A DNA stretch of 64,000 nt. It comes from Eledone cirrhosa (lineage: Eukaryota). The notes under the pieces are model-generated. The model made no database searches. It was not told where the DNA came from and was given only the letters and a program-made list of their open reading frames with translations. Of the stretch, positions 28,751 to 41,172 are shown piece by piece; the stretch's first letter is position 1; the number at the start of each line of letters is the position of its first letter. The position numbers and the translations under genes were made by a program. Location: NCBI GenBank assembly GCA_964016885.1, contig OZ024750.1, positions 7,750,001 through 7,814,000 of the forward strand, in the 5' to 3' direction.

Positions 28751-29009
28751 CCAAAGTCAATATTAGACTTGGAATATTTCGTTATTTTCAATCCTAACCA
28801 AGAGATCAGAAGTATTATGTTACTTTCTTTCTATCACCAGATGAGCCATGAATTTGTATTGAAGAAGTGATGGCGATTTGATGTATATTTAGTAACACGG
28901 TCCAAGTACCCATGTACATCAACACATTCCCTGCACTATATACCTTGTAAAATATAGAATTGGTGAAATCCAATAGGATTTATCATCAAGCATAGCGTTA
29001 TACAAATAT

Positions 29010-29450
29010 GCATAGAAATTTCGTATTTCTAAAGAAACACGGGTTTAGGAAGCCGTAGCTATGCAAACACCTGGGCTGACACCCTGTGGTGGTGTCCAGA
29101 AGAAGCAAAGGGGACAACAGAATGTAAGATGTCGTGAAAACTGAAAACCACAGAATTGTAACACCGACTTCCAACCGGTAGAAACAATAGTTTATAACTT
29201 TACCTATTAATCCGTATGGTGAGAAAATGGGTCCCACGTTCTGGCCTCCTCACAGCCCCGGCGGACAGGATGGAGAAGACGTTTCCCCGGAGGATGGTAA
29301 GGGAGATGCGCTGGAAGAGCCATTCCAACTTGCTAGGCTCACACCTGCGGCTGGCCAACTCAGTGCCTATGGTGGTGAATAAGGAGGTAGCCCTAGGGCC
29401 AAGATCACCAATGACACCCAGTGAGATTGAATCTGGAACAATGTTGTTAC
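29010..29450 (-). mobile_element. CRE-clade non-LTR retrotransposon 3' fragment
   Basis: Minus frame GDLGPRATSLFTTIGTELASRRCEPSKLEWLFQRISLTILRGNVFSIL matches the CRE C-terminal LFQRISIAIQRGNA motif. Confidence 0.75.
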
Positions 29451-29772
29451 AAAGCTAACAAAGTAATTCTAGAGTTATTTTTTAACATAAACTGTTAAGA
29501 AAATCGACATAGCAGAACACTAAAGTAAATGACTTACAATATCCTATTACGTCCATCTAAATTATTAGTTGAAATAATGTTATTATTTGAATCATTGCCG
29601 TTAGAGACAGATTTCAGCCTATATTTACTATCACTAGCGCCGTATTGATTCAAAATATATTAACACACGACACATTAAATAAAGTGTTTACCTATCTACC
29701 CTTTGTGGGTTGATGAAGTAAATACCAACCATATACTAGATTAAATTCAATTTATTCTATCACTCTCCTAAG

Positions 29773-29995
29773 GGTGGTGGATTGATAGTACCCGTAGAGG
29801 ACTGGATAACAGGTTTTGTAGTATATAGATACGGTCCTTTTATGTTCTGAGTTCAAATCTCGCCGAGGTTAGCTTTGCCTTTCATCCTTACGGGGTGGAA
29901 AAATTAAAATAGCAGTAACGAACTGGGGTCGATTTGATCGGCTATTCCCTCCCCCCAAAAATTGTTGGCCGTGTACCAACATCATAAACCATTAT
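29773..29995 (+). mobile_element. Same SINE family
   Basis: B-box, core and long-form tail. Confidence 0.85.
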
Positions 29996-30017
29996 ATCAC
30001 TGTCCTACAAATATGTG

Positions 30018-30340
30018 AAGGCGCATGGCTTAGTGGTTAGAGCAGTGGACATGCAATTGAGAGGTTCTGAGTTCGATTCTCGGACTGGGTGATGCGTTGT
30101 TTCCTTGAGCAAGACACTTTATTTCACGTTTCTCCAGTTTACTCAGCTGTAGAAATGAGTTGCGACGTTACTGGTGTCAAGCTGTATCGGTCAGTGCCTT
30201 TCTCTTGGACAACTTCAGTGACGTGGAGAGGGGAGGCTGGTATGCATGGGCGACTGCTGGTCTTTCACAAAACAAACCTTGCCCAGGCTTGTTCCTCGGA
30301 GGGAAAGTTTCTAGGTGCAAAACCATGGTCATTTGTGGGG
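30018..30340 (+). mobile_element. Second tRNA-SINE family (CORE/V-like); truncated copy at 36491-36630
   Basis: GGCGCATGGCTTAGTGGTTAGAGC A-box, GAGTTCGATTC B-box, and TTCCTTGAGCAAGACACTTTATTTCACG core. Confidence 0.85.
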
Positions 30341-30508
30341 CCTCTACAAATGTGGTCATGTGCTGATGTAAGAAATAATACAAAGGCTACAAAGTATTTT
30401 AGAAATAGGTGAATGGTCAGTCGTCAAGAACAATGTTTTTTTATCTCCTTCACCCATCATTACGTATGTTGCCTGTACCAGTCTCTGACTGTCTGGCAGT
30501 CTCTTTGA

Positions 30509-30539
<31 letters not shown>

Positions 30540-30611
30540 ACTCTAGTTCTCTCTCTCTCTCTCACTCTAGTTCTCTCTTTCTCTCTCACTCTAGTTCTCT
30601 CTCACTCAAGT

Positions 30612-30654
<43 letters not shown>

Positions 30655-31028
30655 CCATCTGTCTCATTTATATTTCACTAGCTATCCGTCTCTCCGTCCA
30701 TCTATATATAAATCTCCCTGCCTCTCTAAATATTTAATATGTCTCCCTTACACTTTTCATTTCCTCATGCCTCCGTTGACATTTCAATTGATTGTGAAAA
30801 TATCTATTTTCGTTATTTACAATCAGACATTCTACTCCTGACTAGCCCAGACGTTATCGATACCAAATTGTTCACTGAAACACGCTAGAATTCGATATAA
30901 AAGCCGGATAAACCTCGTGGTCCTGCAAAAGTCACCTTGAAACCTGTTCTTACTCAACTCAATAAATATTACAAAACAACATTATGATTATACATTGATT
31001 CATTGGGACTCTTTAAGTGATTGATCTA

Positions 31029-31087
<59 letters not shown>

Positions 31088-31134
31088 TATTTAAGAGACG
31101 TTTTTGACATATTCTTCAAAACATTCGCGCACAC

Positions 31135-31845
31135 GTATGTATCTTTATATGTATATATTTATATATATGTATATATGTATGTATATACTTATATGTATGT
31201 ATATACTTATATATATGTATGTATATATGTATGTATGTATATCTTTATATATATGTATATATGTATGTATATATATCATTGTATATATGTATGTAGATAT
31301 ATCTTTATATATATGTATATATGTATGTATATGTATATATGTATATATTTATCTTTATATATATGTATGTATGTGTATATATGTATGTATATATTTATCT
31401 TTATATATATGTATGTATGTGTATATATGTATGTATATGTATATATGTATATATTTATCTTTATATATATGTATGTATGTGTATATATGTATGTATATAT
31501 ATATATGTATATATTTATCTTTATATGTGTATATATTTATCTTTATATGTATATATATGTATATATATATATGTGTATATATGTATATATGTATATATAT
31601 GTATATATATATATGTGTATATATGTATATATATCTTTATATATGTATATATATATATATGTATGTATGCATATATATATGTATATATATCTTTTTCTAT
31701 ATGTATGTATATATATATCTTTATATATATACTTCTTTATATATATGTATACACGTATGTATTACTGTATGTATGTATGTATTACTGTATGTATGTATGT
31801 ATTACTGTATGTATGTATGTATGTATGTATGTATGTGTATGCGTG
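31135..31845. repeat. TA/TATG satellite
   Basis: Directly visible. Similar tracts lie at 3075-3630, 34545-34990 and 35460-35670. Confidence 0.95.
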
Positions 31846-32968
31846 TAAAAGATATATAAATATGTATATAGTCACAAAGACAAACATTCTTCCAGTGTTT
31901 AAAGATCACTTCAGATTAATTAATAAAAAAGAAACAAACAAGCAGAAACAAAATGGCGGAGGTTTATGGAAGAGTACTAGTGAATATGGAGAATTAGAAG
32001 AATATTATCACAGTAATATCAGAAGGGGACATGATATGTTTAAGATCAGAAGCAAGATGTGGTTGGAGGGATCCTGGAGTGGTTGTGGTTTCATGGTGAT
32101 GTACTGGTGTTGGATGTGGGTAGTTTTTGTTAAGTTTGTCATTGGTTTGTTTGAGAATGAAAATTTGATGAATTATCCTGGCGTTCACTGTGGTGGGTAG
32201 AATTACCAAAATAAATCCAATAGATTGGAGAGACAAAGAGTCAAATATATTGTACGTGAGAATGAATCGAAAAGCCAGTGATTTCGGCATGCGCTTAGCT
32301 ATTTGGAATCGATATTGTGCTATCGATTCGTAGAGAAGACGATAGACTAAACTTCTTCGAAACGAGAAACATGTAGTTTCTATCCAATCATTTATTTTTT
32401 TTGTATGTGCGTGTGTGTGTGTCTGTGTGTGTGTTTGTGAATGTTCTTGTATTTGTGTGTGTGTGTGTGTGTATATTTGTGTGTACGTTTGTGAATGTTC
32501 TTGTATTTGTGTGTGTATTTGTGTATGTGTGTTTGTGTGTGTGTATGTGTGGGTATATATATGGGTGTTTGTGAATGTTTTTGCATTTGTGTATGTATTT
32601 GGGTATGTTCGTGTATTTGTGTGTGTGGTGTGTATGTTCGTGTGTATGTGTTTGTGTGTGTGAGTGCATGTGGATATTTGTGAACGTGGGTGTATGATTC
32701 TAAGTGTGTGTGTATGTGTGTTTATTTGTATATCTGAGTGTAGATATAAATGTACGCCTGTGGTTATTTATGTAGATGTATATGTCTGCATATATCTAAA
32801 CATAACCGTGTATACATGTCTACGTGGATGCATATGTGCGTTAAATTACGTGGGTGTATCTGTAGGCGTTTGTGTGGCAATTTGTGTATGAAAGTGTATG
32901 CTTTTGTGTGTATGTGTGTACCTTAACAGATATGTGTATTTACATGTACGTACATACGTATGTATGTA

Positions 32969-33003
<35 letters not shown>

Positions 33004-33260
33004 ATGTATGTATGTGTGTATATATATATGTATATGTATATCATTATTGTTGTTGTCGTTATTATTATTGTCGTTATTATTATTATTATTATTATTATTG
33101 TTATTAATGTATGTGTGTGTGTATATGAGTGTGTGGGTGTGTGTGTGTGTATATGTGTATGTATATATATATATATTTTTTTTTTCTCGTGCAATGGCCA
33201 TACTCGATAACGAGGGGGGCAGCCATCATGTATGTATGTATGTAAGCATGTATGTATGTA

Positions 33261-33297
<37 letters not shown>

Positions 33298-33668
33298 ATA
33301 TATATATATGTATATATATATGTATGTATGTATTACGTATGTATGTACTGTATTCGCCATGACTTCTTATACTTTTGCACTCTTATAGAATGCTGTACAA
33401 GTGAAGCCAGCAATTTAGTTGGAAATAAAAAAAAGCATCTAATTCTGTTCTATCATAGATTTCTTTCTAATATAAACAAGTACTTTGAAATGGAAGGCGG
33501 CGATAGTTTATTTATATATATTTATAGATATGTAAAGCAAATGATTTCTTACAGATCGGTAAGATAACAAATTTGTTTCTCTACAGACTGATTAGCTAAT
33601 TGTCTCTGTTGGTCTGTCTCTTTCTCTCCCCCCTCTCTGTCTACCTCTCTCTCTCTCATATATATGCG

Positions 33669-33713
<45 letters not shown>

Positions 33714-33715
33714 GT

Positions 33716-33825
33716 AAAAGGTAAACAGAAATAACAACACAATCGGTACAGTATATGGAAGGAATATATTAGGTTAACGCTTGATATAGCAGGAAGAGGG
33801 TCTTAACGTTTCGGACGCAAGTACG
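33716..33825 (-). mobile_element. PLE pLTR-like fragment, 5'-truncated within hammerhead stem II
   Basis: Reverse complement reads ...CTTGCGTCCGAAACGTTAAGACCCTC...TTTCTGTTTACCTT, homologous to 11045-11147, and abuts (TA)n. Confidence 0.6.
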
Positions 33826-33921
33826 AAATTAGAAATAGAAGCCTACGCTGTATTTTTGAATAAATAAATTTTAGCCTGATAGTGGGGTTTAGAACCTTCT
33901 AAGAAATGGAAAAAGATGAGT

Positions 33922-33987
<66 letters not shown>

Positions 33988-34040
33988 ATATATATGAAAA
34001 AGAACACAAGAGCGTCTACAACATCAACAGATTTTTATTG

Positions 34041-34085
34041 GCTTACAATGTTTCTTCCTTACGTAACCGTAGGTTTCGTCAGAGC
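34041..34085 (-). ncRNA. Type-I hammerhead ribozyme motif
   Basis: Minus strand: GCU-CUGACGA-AA-CCUACG(GUUA)CGUAAGG-AA-GAAA-CAUUG-UA-AGC-C-AAUAAA, inside a TA-flanked island at ~33995-34183. Confidence 0.7.
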
Positions 34086-34625
34086 TATAAAAGGGGTTTG
34101 ATTGGTGTTATGGACCAACCAAACATTCAAGAACAAAGAGTAAAGAGAGTAAAGAGCAAACGTAGGAGACGATAAGTCTAAACTATATATATATATATAT
34201 ATATACAAGTTGACCTCATCTGAAAAATAACGAACGTCAAAGAGTTGTTTTAAACAGACTACAAGCTTTACATGATATGAACCGCATTATATTTCTCTAA
34301 GTAAAAGTGCAGTATACAGAAGAACGTGGTAACTAAACTATACTGATAAACGTACTTAAAATATTTCACGAATTAGTAAACTTAGTTAATGGAGATGTAC
34401 TAAGTAAATAATGAAATTTACTTTCATAAAATACATAATTTAATGAGTGTAGTTGCAAAGGTAGCAATAAAACTGGTTAATAATATATAGAATATAAACA
34501 CAATATTTGTTAACATATGTGGAATATATTCAGTAAGTACAGAGATATGTATGTATATATATATATATACATATGTATATATATATATATACATATGTAT
34601 ATATATATATATATGTATATGTATG

Positions 34626-34656
<31 letters not shown>

Positions 34657-35122
34657 GTATGTATATATATGTATATATGTATGTATATATATGTATATAT
34701 GTATGTATATATATGTATATATGTATGTATATATATGTATATATGTATGTATATATATGTATATATGTATGTATATATATGTATATATGTATGTATATAT
34801 ATGTATATATGTATGTATATATATGTATATATGTATGTATATATATGTATATATGTATGTATATATATGTATATATGTATGTATATATGTGTATATATGT
34901 ATGTATATATATGTATATATATATGTATATATGTATGTATATATATGTATATATGTATGTATATATATGTATATATATATGTATATATATAAAAGAGAAA
35001 ATTGAGAGTGTATAACACTCAACTTATCAGATAGGCAGTATATGGTTAGCTCAATGTCTGAAGACAGAGCCGTAATACAATTAACAACAAAGTGCGCTTA
35101 GAACATAGGTATATCTTTAATT

Positions 35123-35166
35123 GCTGACAATGTTTCGTCCACACTAAAAGTGGGACTCTTCAGAGC
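35123..35166 (-). ncRNA. Type-I hammerhead ribozyme motif
   Basis: Minus strand: GCU-CUGAAGA-GUCCCAC(UUUUA)GUGUGGAC-GAAA-CAUUG-UC-AGC-AAUUAAA. Canonical G10.1-C11.1 pair and GUC triplet, inside a TA-flanked island at ~34991-35460. Confidence 0.85.
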
Positions 35167-35588
35167 TTAAAGAGTAGATACAGAGTATAGAAGCATTAAC
35201 AAATCCAAAACAGAAGAATATAATGTGGGGATATCATAAGGTGGGAGGAATTTAAAGTATTTTTCATGTACAAGATAAGGAATAAAGGATAAAAAAAAAA
35301 TAAAAAAAATAAGAAATAAAAAATAAAAAATAAAAAATAAAAAATATAAAATAAAATCAAGCAAAAGATAGTGAATATGAGGAATATACTAATACTAATA
35401 AGGATACGGATCTAAAATGTTATCACTCACAGTTGGGTAGGGTTATATTATGACCGGCAATATGTATATATATGTATATATATGTATTTATGTATATATA
35501 TGTATATGTATATATATGTATATGTATATATATGTATATGTATGTATATATGTATATATATATATATATGTATATGTATGTATATATG

Positions 35589-35619
<31 letters not shown>

Positions 35620-36013
35620 GTATATATATATATATATGTATATATATATGTATATATATATATGTATATATTTAACAATCACTATTTGTATTTTTCTTTC
35701 AATGCCTCTAAACTCTCTTTCCGTTTAAAAAATGACGGAGTTCTTGAAATAGTTATGATAACAGATAATGTAGATGTAATTAGTGGGAAATTAATGATTA
35801 CTAATTGATTAGATGTATTCTGTGAGAATGAACATTGTGTAGTATTCTAATAGGAAAATAATTACCTAGTTTATCAGAAAACATATAATTAAATTCTACA
35901 GAAAAAGAATACATTACATACTTAAATCATTCCTTGTAACGTAAAAATTAGTTTTCTCTCTCATTCACATCCAATTTCTGTATATATATATATATATACA
36001 GTTATATACAGTT

Positions 36014-36088
<75 letters not shown>

Positions 36089-36090
<2 letters not shown>

Positions 36091-36302
36091 CGAAGGAAAT
36101 GTGGTAAGGAACCAGGTGGACCATAACGCACCAAAGTACTCAATACTTGAGGTAGTAGAGTGGGTAATAGGAACCAGTAAGACCCCGACAGCTGAGCTCA
36201 AGCCGTTTCGACGGCTAATTCTGGACTAAATTAGTCCATTAAGTCCAGAATTAGCCGTCAAAACGGCTTGAGCTCAGCTGTCGGGGTCTTACTGGTTCCT
36301 AT
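36089..36302 (-). mobile_element. Family A asymmetric fold-back element in (TA)n
   Basis: Tail at 36089-36166 and hairpin at ~36167-36302. The turn contains a duplicated GGACTAA/TTAGTCC. Confidence 0.85.
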
Positions 36303-36777
36303 ATATATATATATATATATATATACAGTTCTTAACACCCAAATATAAGGTAGTGCTCCTGTTTCTCACTCTATCTCCCGAATGTATACACGTACACAAA
36401 AACTAGTTTGCTCTATTATTTAAAGTGAAGCTGATGGAAAAAAATCTAAAGGCATACTTGCACCCATTGCCCTCCAATATAACTAAAAGTGAAGGCGCAT
36501 GGCTTAATGGTTAGAGCATTGGGCTTGCAATCGAAAGGTTGTGAGTTCAATTCTCGGACCGGGTGATGTTGTTTCCTTGAGCAAGACACTTTATTTCACG
36601 TTGCCTCAGTTTACTCAGCTGTAGTAATGAGATGATAATACTGGGGTCCCTATCATTAAATCACCCAAGACATCTGCAACGAGATATACCTTGTAGGAGG
36701 TCAGTTAGACTTACATAGATGTGAGCTGTACACATACACACAATAAAACTAAAAATCGCTGTAAGTTTCAAGACAGC

Positions 36778-36934
36778 TGGTGGATTGCAGCAAGGAGTTA
36801 CGGCCCTTTATGGTCTGAGTTCAAATCCCACCAAGGTTAACTTTGCCTTTCATCCTTACGGGGTCGATAAGATAAAGTACCAGTAATAGACTAGGATAAT
36901 TGCCGGCTTTGTGCCAAAAGTAGAAACAATTATT
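36778..36934 (+). mobile_element. Same SINE family
   Basis: B-box, core and tail. Confidence 0.9.
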
Positions 36935-37059
36935 TTATTTGATGGGAAATGTTGTACATAAAACATTAAAGTAAATTTGGTGTTGAAATTCTTCTGATTT
37001 AGGTTGGTTATTCAGACTCTGCTGTTATCTTTTCGATTGGCAGGAATCTTTTTATAAAC

Positions 37060-37500
37060 AAATCTGATTTCTGCTGTCTTTGTAAACATCCCTTTGAAGA
37101 TTTCGTGCAACTTTCTGACCAACATTTGCGCTCTCTACTTATACATTTCTAGTGGAACGTCATCATTGTCAGAAACATTTCCTGGGGACATTTGTTTGAT
37201 AAAATCCATTCCTTTCTTAAGAGTTCGTTTTAGAGCAAGCTGGGGGAGGTCGTGACTTTGTGAAATGGAAGCTATGACATCCTCGTCGATAACAGAGGTG
37301 GAATTTACCACAGTCTCAAAATGGTCTTCCCAGTGTTTCATGGTTTTACACTTGTTCATTATAACTTTTCGACCGTCAGAAACAAACACGTTCCTGTAGA
37401 TCGTACACACTCTTCAAAACATTTTAGAAGACCTTAGAGTCTTTATCAGCATCTTTTTCGAGCTCGGTAGCCTTAATTGACCACTAAGCCAAGTTTAAAC
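37060..37500 (-). mobile_element. RTE-BovB-like LINE fragment (pre-RT region)
   Basis: SDGRKVI...HWEDHFETVVN...IKQMSPGNVSDNDDVPLEMYK resembles RWAEHF...IKQLSSGKAPGxDxIPAEIYK. Confidence 0.8.
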
Positions 37501-37793
37501 CTGTCTTTGAAACTTCTCCCATGCTTCTCCATTGCTTGGGAGAATGTTTGTAATTAATCCAGATTCTGTACGAGCCATGTATTTTGTGGATCAGTAGCGG
37601 AATTTCAGTGTAATAGCCATTAAGGAAGAACGTGATCCGAATCACAGTAGGTGGTATGGATATAGCGTGTTTGTATTTATCAGGAGAGATGGAAAAGAGT
37701 GAAAAAAATGAGACAGCAGGTTTTAAGCAACATAATTAACACACATAGTCTTAGCAACATATATCTATATATCTCTCTCTATATATATATATA

Positions 37794-37827
<34 letters not shown>

Positions 37828-38179
37828 GACATTTTAAAATGTATATCTCCTACAAACTCTACTTCAGGTATTCTGTATTGGTGATTTCATTACCTCCTAC
37901 TGTGTTATAGGAAATATAAAACGTACACAGACAAAAAAAAAAATGATTATTAGCGATGTGTTCTTTTCAGATTGAGTTAATGATTTCCATTTAATTAACT
38001 AACTTATATATTTATACATGGGAAATCTAATACATTTTTAATTAAGGAAAATATTCATGGGGTCGATAGTTATAAGAATCCATACAGAAAAGGAATTTAA
38101 ACGATTCTCTCCAAGTCAAAGTATCATTTGTTAAATATACAGTTGCTACTGTTGTCGCTGCTTCTGCTTACAGAGATAG

Positions 38180-38710
38180 ACACAAGGCCAACAATTTTGG
38201 GGAAGGCGAAAGTCGATTAAATTGACCCCAGTGCATTACTGGTACTTTATTTTATCGATCCCGTAAGGATGAAAGGTAAAGCTAACCTCGGCAGGATTTC
38301 AACTCATATCGTAAAGATCCGTAGCTCTATGCCATAAAAATGGTGTCCTAATAATAATAATAATAATAATTTGTTTCTACTTTTGGCACAAGGCCAGCAA
38401 TTATCCCAGTACATTACTGGTGCTTTATTTTATCGACCCTGTATGGAGGAAAAGCAAAGTTAACCTCGGCGGGATTTGAACTTTTCGGTCTGAGTTCAAA
38501 TCCCGCCGAGGTTACCTGCCTTAATAATAATAATAATAATAATAGTAAAAATGATAAAAATGATAATGAGTAGTTTTAGGGGACGGGTAGCAAAATATTT
38601 CGAGCGCAGTACTTGACTGGTGCTTTTATTTTGTCGATCCTTGTTCGATAAAATATGAAGTCAGCCTTAAATGAAATATGAACTCAAACGAAAGAGGACA
38701 AATGCGTTAT
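38180..38710 (-). mobile_element. Cluster of three SINE copies, the middle one with a 5' fold-back
   Basis: Cores at ~38240, ~38415 and ~38615 (degenerate), separated by (AAT)n. Confidence 0.85.
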
Positions 38711-39119
38711 GTCTAATTACAGATTGTGCAGCTCGATCATACTTGTAACTATTGCAATTAATTGTTCATCTCAGATAAGTTACTATCGTAAAGTCCCACT
38801 AATCCGACAAATCCAATGATTTACTATATCATCGATCATAGTCTCTCACCTATGAATGATTTTGATTTATTAATGTATAACCGAGCCTGTTGAAATTATG
38901 ACTGTCATGTTAAGAATTATGCTTCATATCCCTGCGGTTTCAGGATGATCCCACTGAGTGACACCTTGGGTTCACATAAGGAAATATCCTACCACGTGAC
39001 ACCGTGTATTCAGATAGACCCAAGTTTTGTGAGGGGAATTTTGTAAACCAATATATATTAGAAATCCGTTAGAGTGAACGGTCTCGTTCTTGGGCGGGGA
39101 ATTTAATCCTCTGCTCGGC

Positions 39120-39306
39120 TTAACCCTTTAGCATTTAAACTGACCAAATCCGGCCAGAATTATCTCACCTCTTTCTGTCCAAACAGGCCGTAACCAGCTG
39201 CTCATCCAACATTAAGGTAATGTTGATATCAAAATAAATGATATCAAAATCTCATAGATTTAATATTATAGTTAAATGTAGAGTAATGTGAATATTAAAG
39301 GGTTAA
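39120..39306 (+). mobile_element. piggyBac-type MITE
   Basis: TTAA-CCCTTTA ... TAAAGGG-TTAA termini. Internal sequence is homologous to 5634-5866 in the opposite orientation. Confidence 0.75.
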
Positions 39307-39877
39307 GGCTACCACCTGGCTTTTGAGTTCATTTGCATCAAGCTTCCAGTATTAGCATAATTTAGTCCACTCTTCGTATCTCTTCCATAAGCCTTGAAAA
39401 ATTCATGGACGCTGGCCGTCCTCCTTTGACTTAAACATATCGACTTAAGAAGATCGTATCAACGCCAAATCCTAGTGCTTCTCTTAAAGATGGTGAAAAG
39501 CAAAAGAAACCATAATAGGATTTTAATTCAAACAACTGGTGAAATACGTTTATTTCCGGGTTTTACAATCTCACAGTTCTCCCCTCCTTCACAATCATTG
39601 CTTCTCTTAGCATCTCCAGAAAACGTTTTCGCCGACAATCTGAAATATTGTTATTGTTGTTATTGATGTTAGTGTTGTTTATCCCTAGACTAATCCTGAC
39701 AGAGCATATGATCAAACAAATTCTCGATTTAATTATTTCGCGTTTTTTTTCTTCATGCGTTGGACTAAATGATCCAATGTTTCTGTCGCTTTATAAGCTA
39801 GCAGGTATGGTTTGGGGGAGATTTGACAATTATCAGTAGCATCTCTAGATTTCTAGCTAACATATAGATATATTTCT

Positions 39878-40125
39878 ATTTATTGCCACGAGGGCGCAAA
39901 AGAAGGGGACAAATACAAGGGGAGAGTTTACACAAAAGAACGAGTAAAAAAAAACAAATAACAAATATAAAATTAATAATAAAGTCCTCAATAGGGAGGA
40001 GGCGTTTTGGGGGGTCGCACACACCCCCGAAAAAAGTGTGCAACCCTTCTTCTCAGGAGCACAGAGAGGGTGCCCCCTCGTTCCTTCATATTTTCCATCT
40101 ACAGGCTGATGTAGAGAGAAGTTAG
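39878..40125 (-). mobile_element. L1/Tx1-like LINE 3' UTR
   Basis: Reverse complement ends TTGTATTTGTCCCC...GTGGCAATAAA, similar to 21714-21752. Confidence 0.5.
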
Positions 40126-40429
40126 ATAGTTAGTTGAATCGGTGGCAATGACACAACCCTACCTGATATAAGATATAAAGTATATTATCTTATAATAAAG
40201 GATATTAAATTGGTTTTAAAAATATTTTAAGGTCTCATTGATTGACAACACATACAGAATTATTGAATCACCAAAACACTTGTAAATCGTGAAATAAGAC
40301 GTTTCAACGGTGGGCTATTCTCTTTCAGATAAGAGAGAAAACTATCTAATATGCCTTTCCATTTAAAAACATTAGCAGGTGACATATGTTTTGGCTGATA
40401 TTTCTACCAGATCTGGTTATTGCGAAGGA

Positions 40430-40870
40430 GCTTCGTCGTTGACTTCAGTTATTCTAACCACATGCCCGTAATATCGAGGCTGTGATCTCTCAATTTGGAG
40501 AAATAGTGGCTCTACGTGGAGCGATTGCCAGATCTCCGAGTTACGTACTCTATCGAGTAACGTTACTCCAAAGACCCTTCGGAGGAGATCCATTTCAGCC
40601 GCTTGTATTCATGGTCGTATTCATTCGGTTATTACCCCAAATCCATGACCATATGTAAGGGTTGGCACGAATACCGAATTGAAGATAGCGAATTTGGTTT
40701 TTACACCTACCTCCCTTCTTATGATGCAAAAGCTGGTGCATTACTGCACCAGCTTTTGCAATTATTGCAAGTAATTCACTCTTCCTTCTCCTGTGAACAC
40801 GGCCCCGAGGTACTTGAACTTCTCTACTTGCTTCAGTGGAGCTCCATTCACGAGTAGCGTGCACTGCGCA
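40430..40870 (-). mobile_element. RTE-clade LINE fragment (same family as 58930-59342)
   Basis: Frames give VNGAPLKQVEKFKYLG..., FNSVFVPTLTYG and IQAAEMDLLRRVFGVTLLDRVRNSEI...YYGHVVR, with stops and frameshifts. Confidence 0.85.
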
Positions 40871-40982
40871 GGCTACCTTGAGAGGACCAGTGTCTACTCA
40901 TTTAGATTAATTAAAACCTCTTAGCTAACTACATTGTATTTTAACGTAGATCTTATAATGGTATTATTAATTGTAACACAAG

Positions 40983-41172
40983 GGCGGTGAATTGGCAGTA
41001 TCGGTGGAGGGTCGGACATGCTTTCCAGCATAGTTACGTCTCTTTACGATCTGGGTTCAAATCCCGCCGAGGTTAACTTTGCCTTTCATCCTTACGGGGT
41101 CGATAAAATAAAGTACCAGTAATGTACTGGGTAATTGCTGACCTTGTGCCAATAGTAGAAACAATTATTAAT
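40983..41172 (+). mobile_element. tRNA-derived SINE with Meta-like core, full length, 16-bp TSD
   Basis: A-box TGGCAG..TCGG, B-box GGTTCAAATCC, core GCCTTTCATCCTTACGGGGTCGATAAAATAAAGTACCAG, ATT tail. ATTATTAATTGTAACA is duplicated on both sides. Confidence 0.9.

Noticed and set aside
28192-28797. His/Asp/Met-rich ORFs
   Set aside because: CAT/CAC trinucleotide low complexity.
40983-41070. tRNA gene-like A/B boxes
   Set aside because: These are SINE heads, with no cloverleaf, and are followed by the SINE core.
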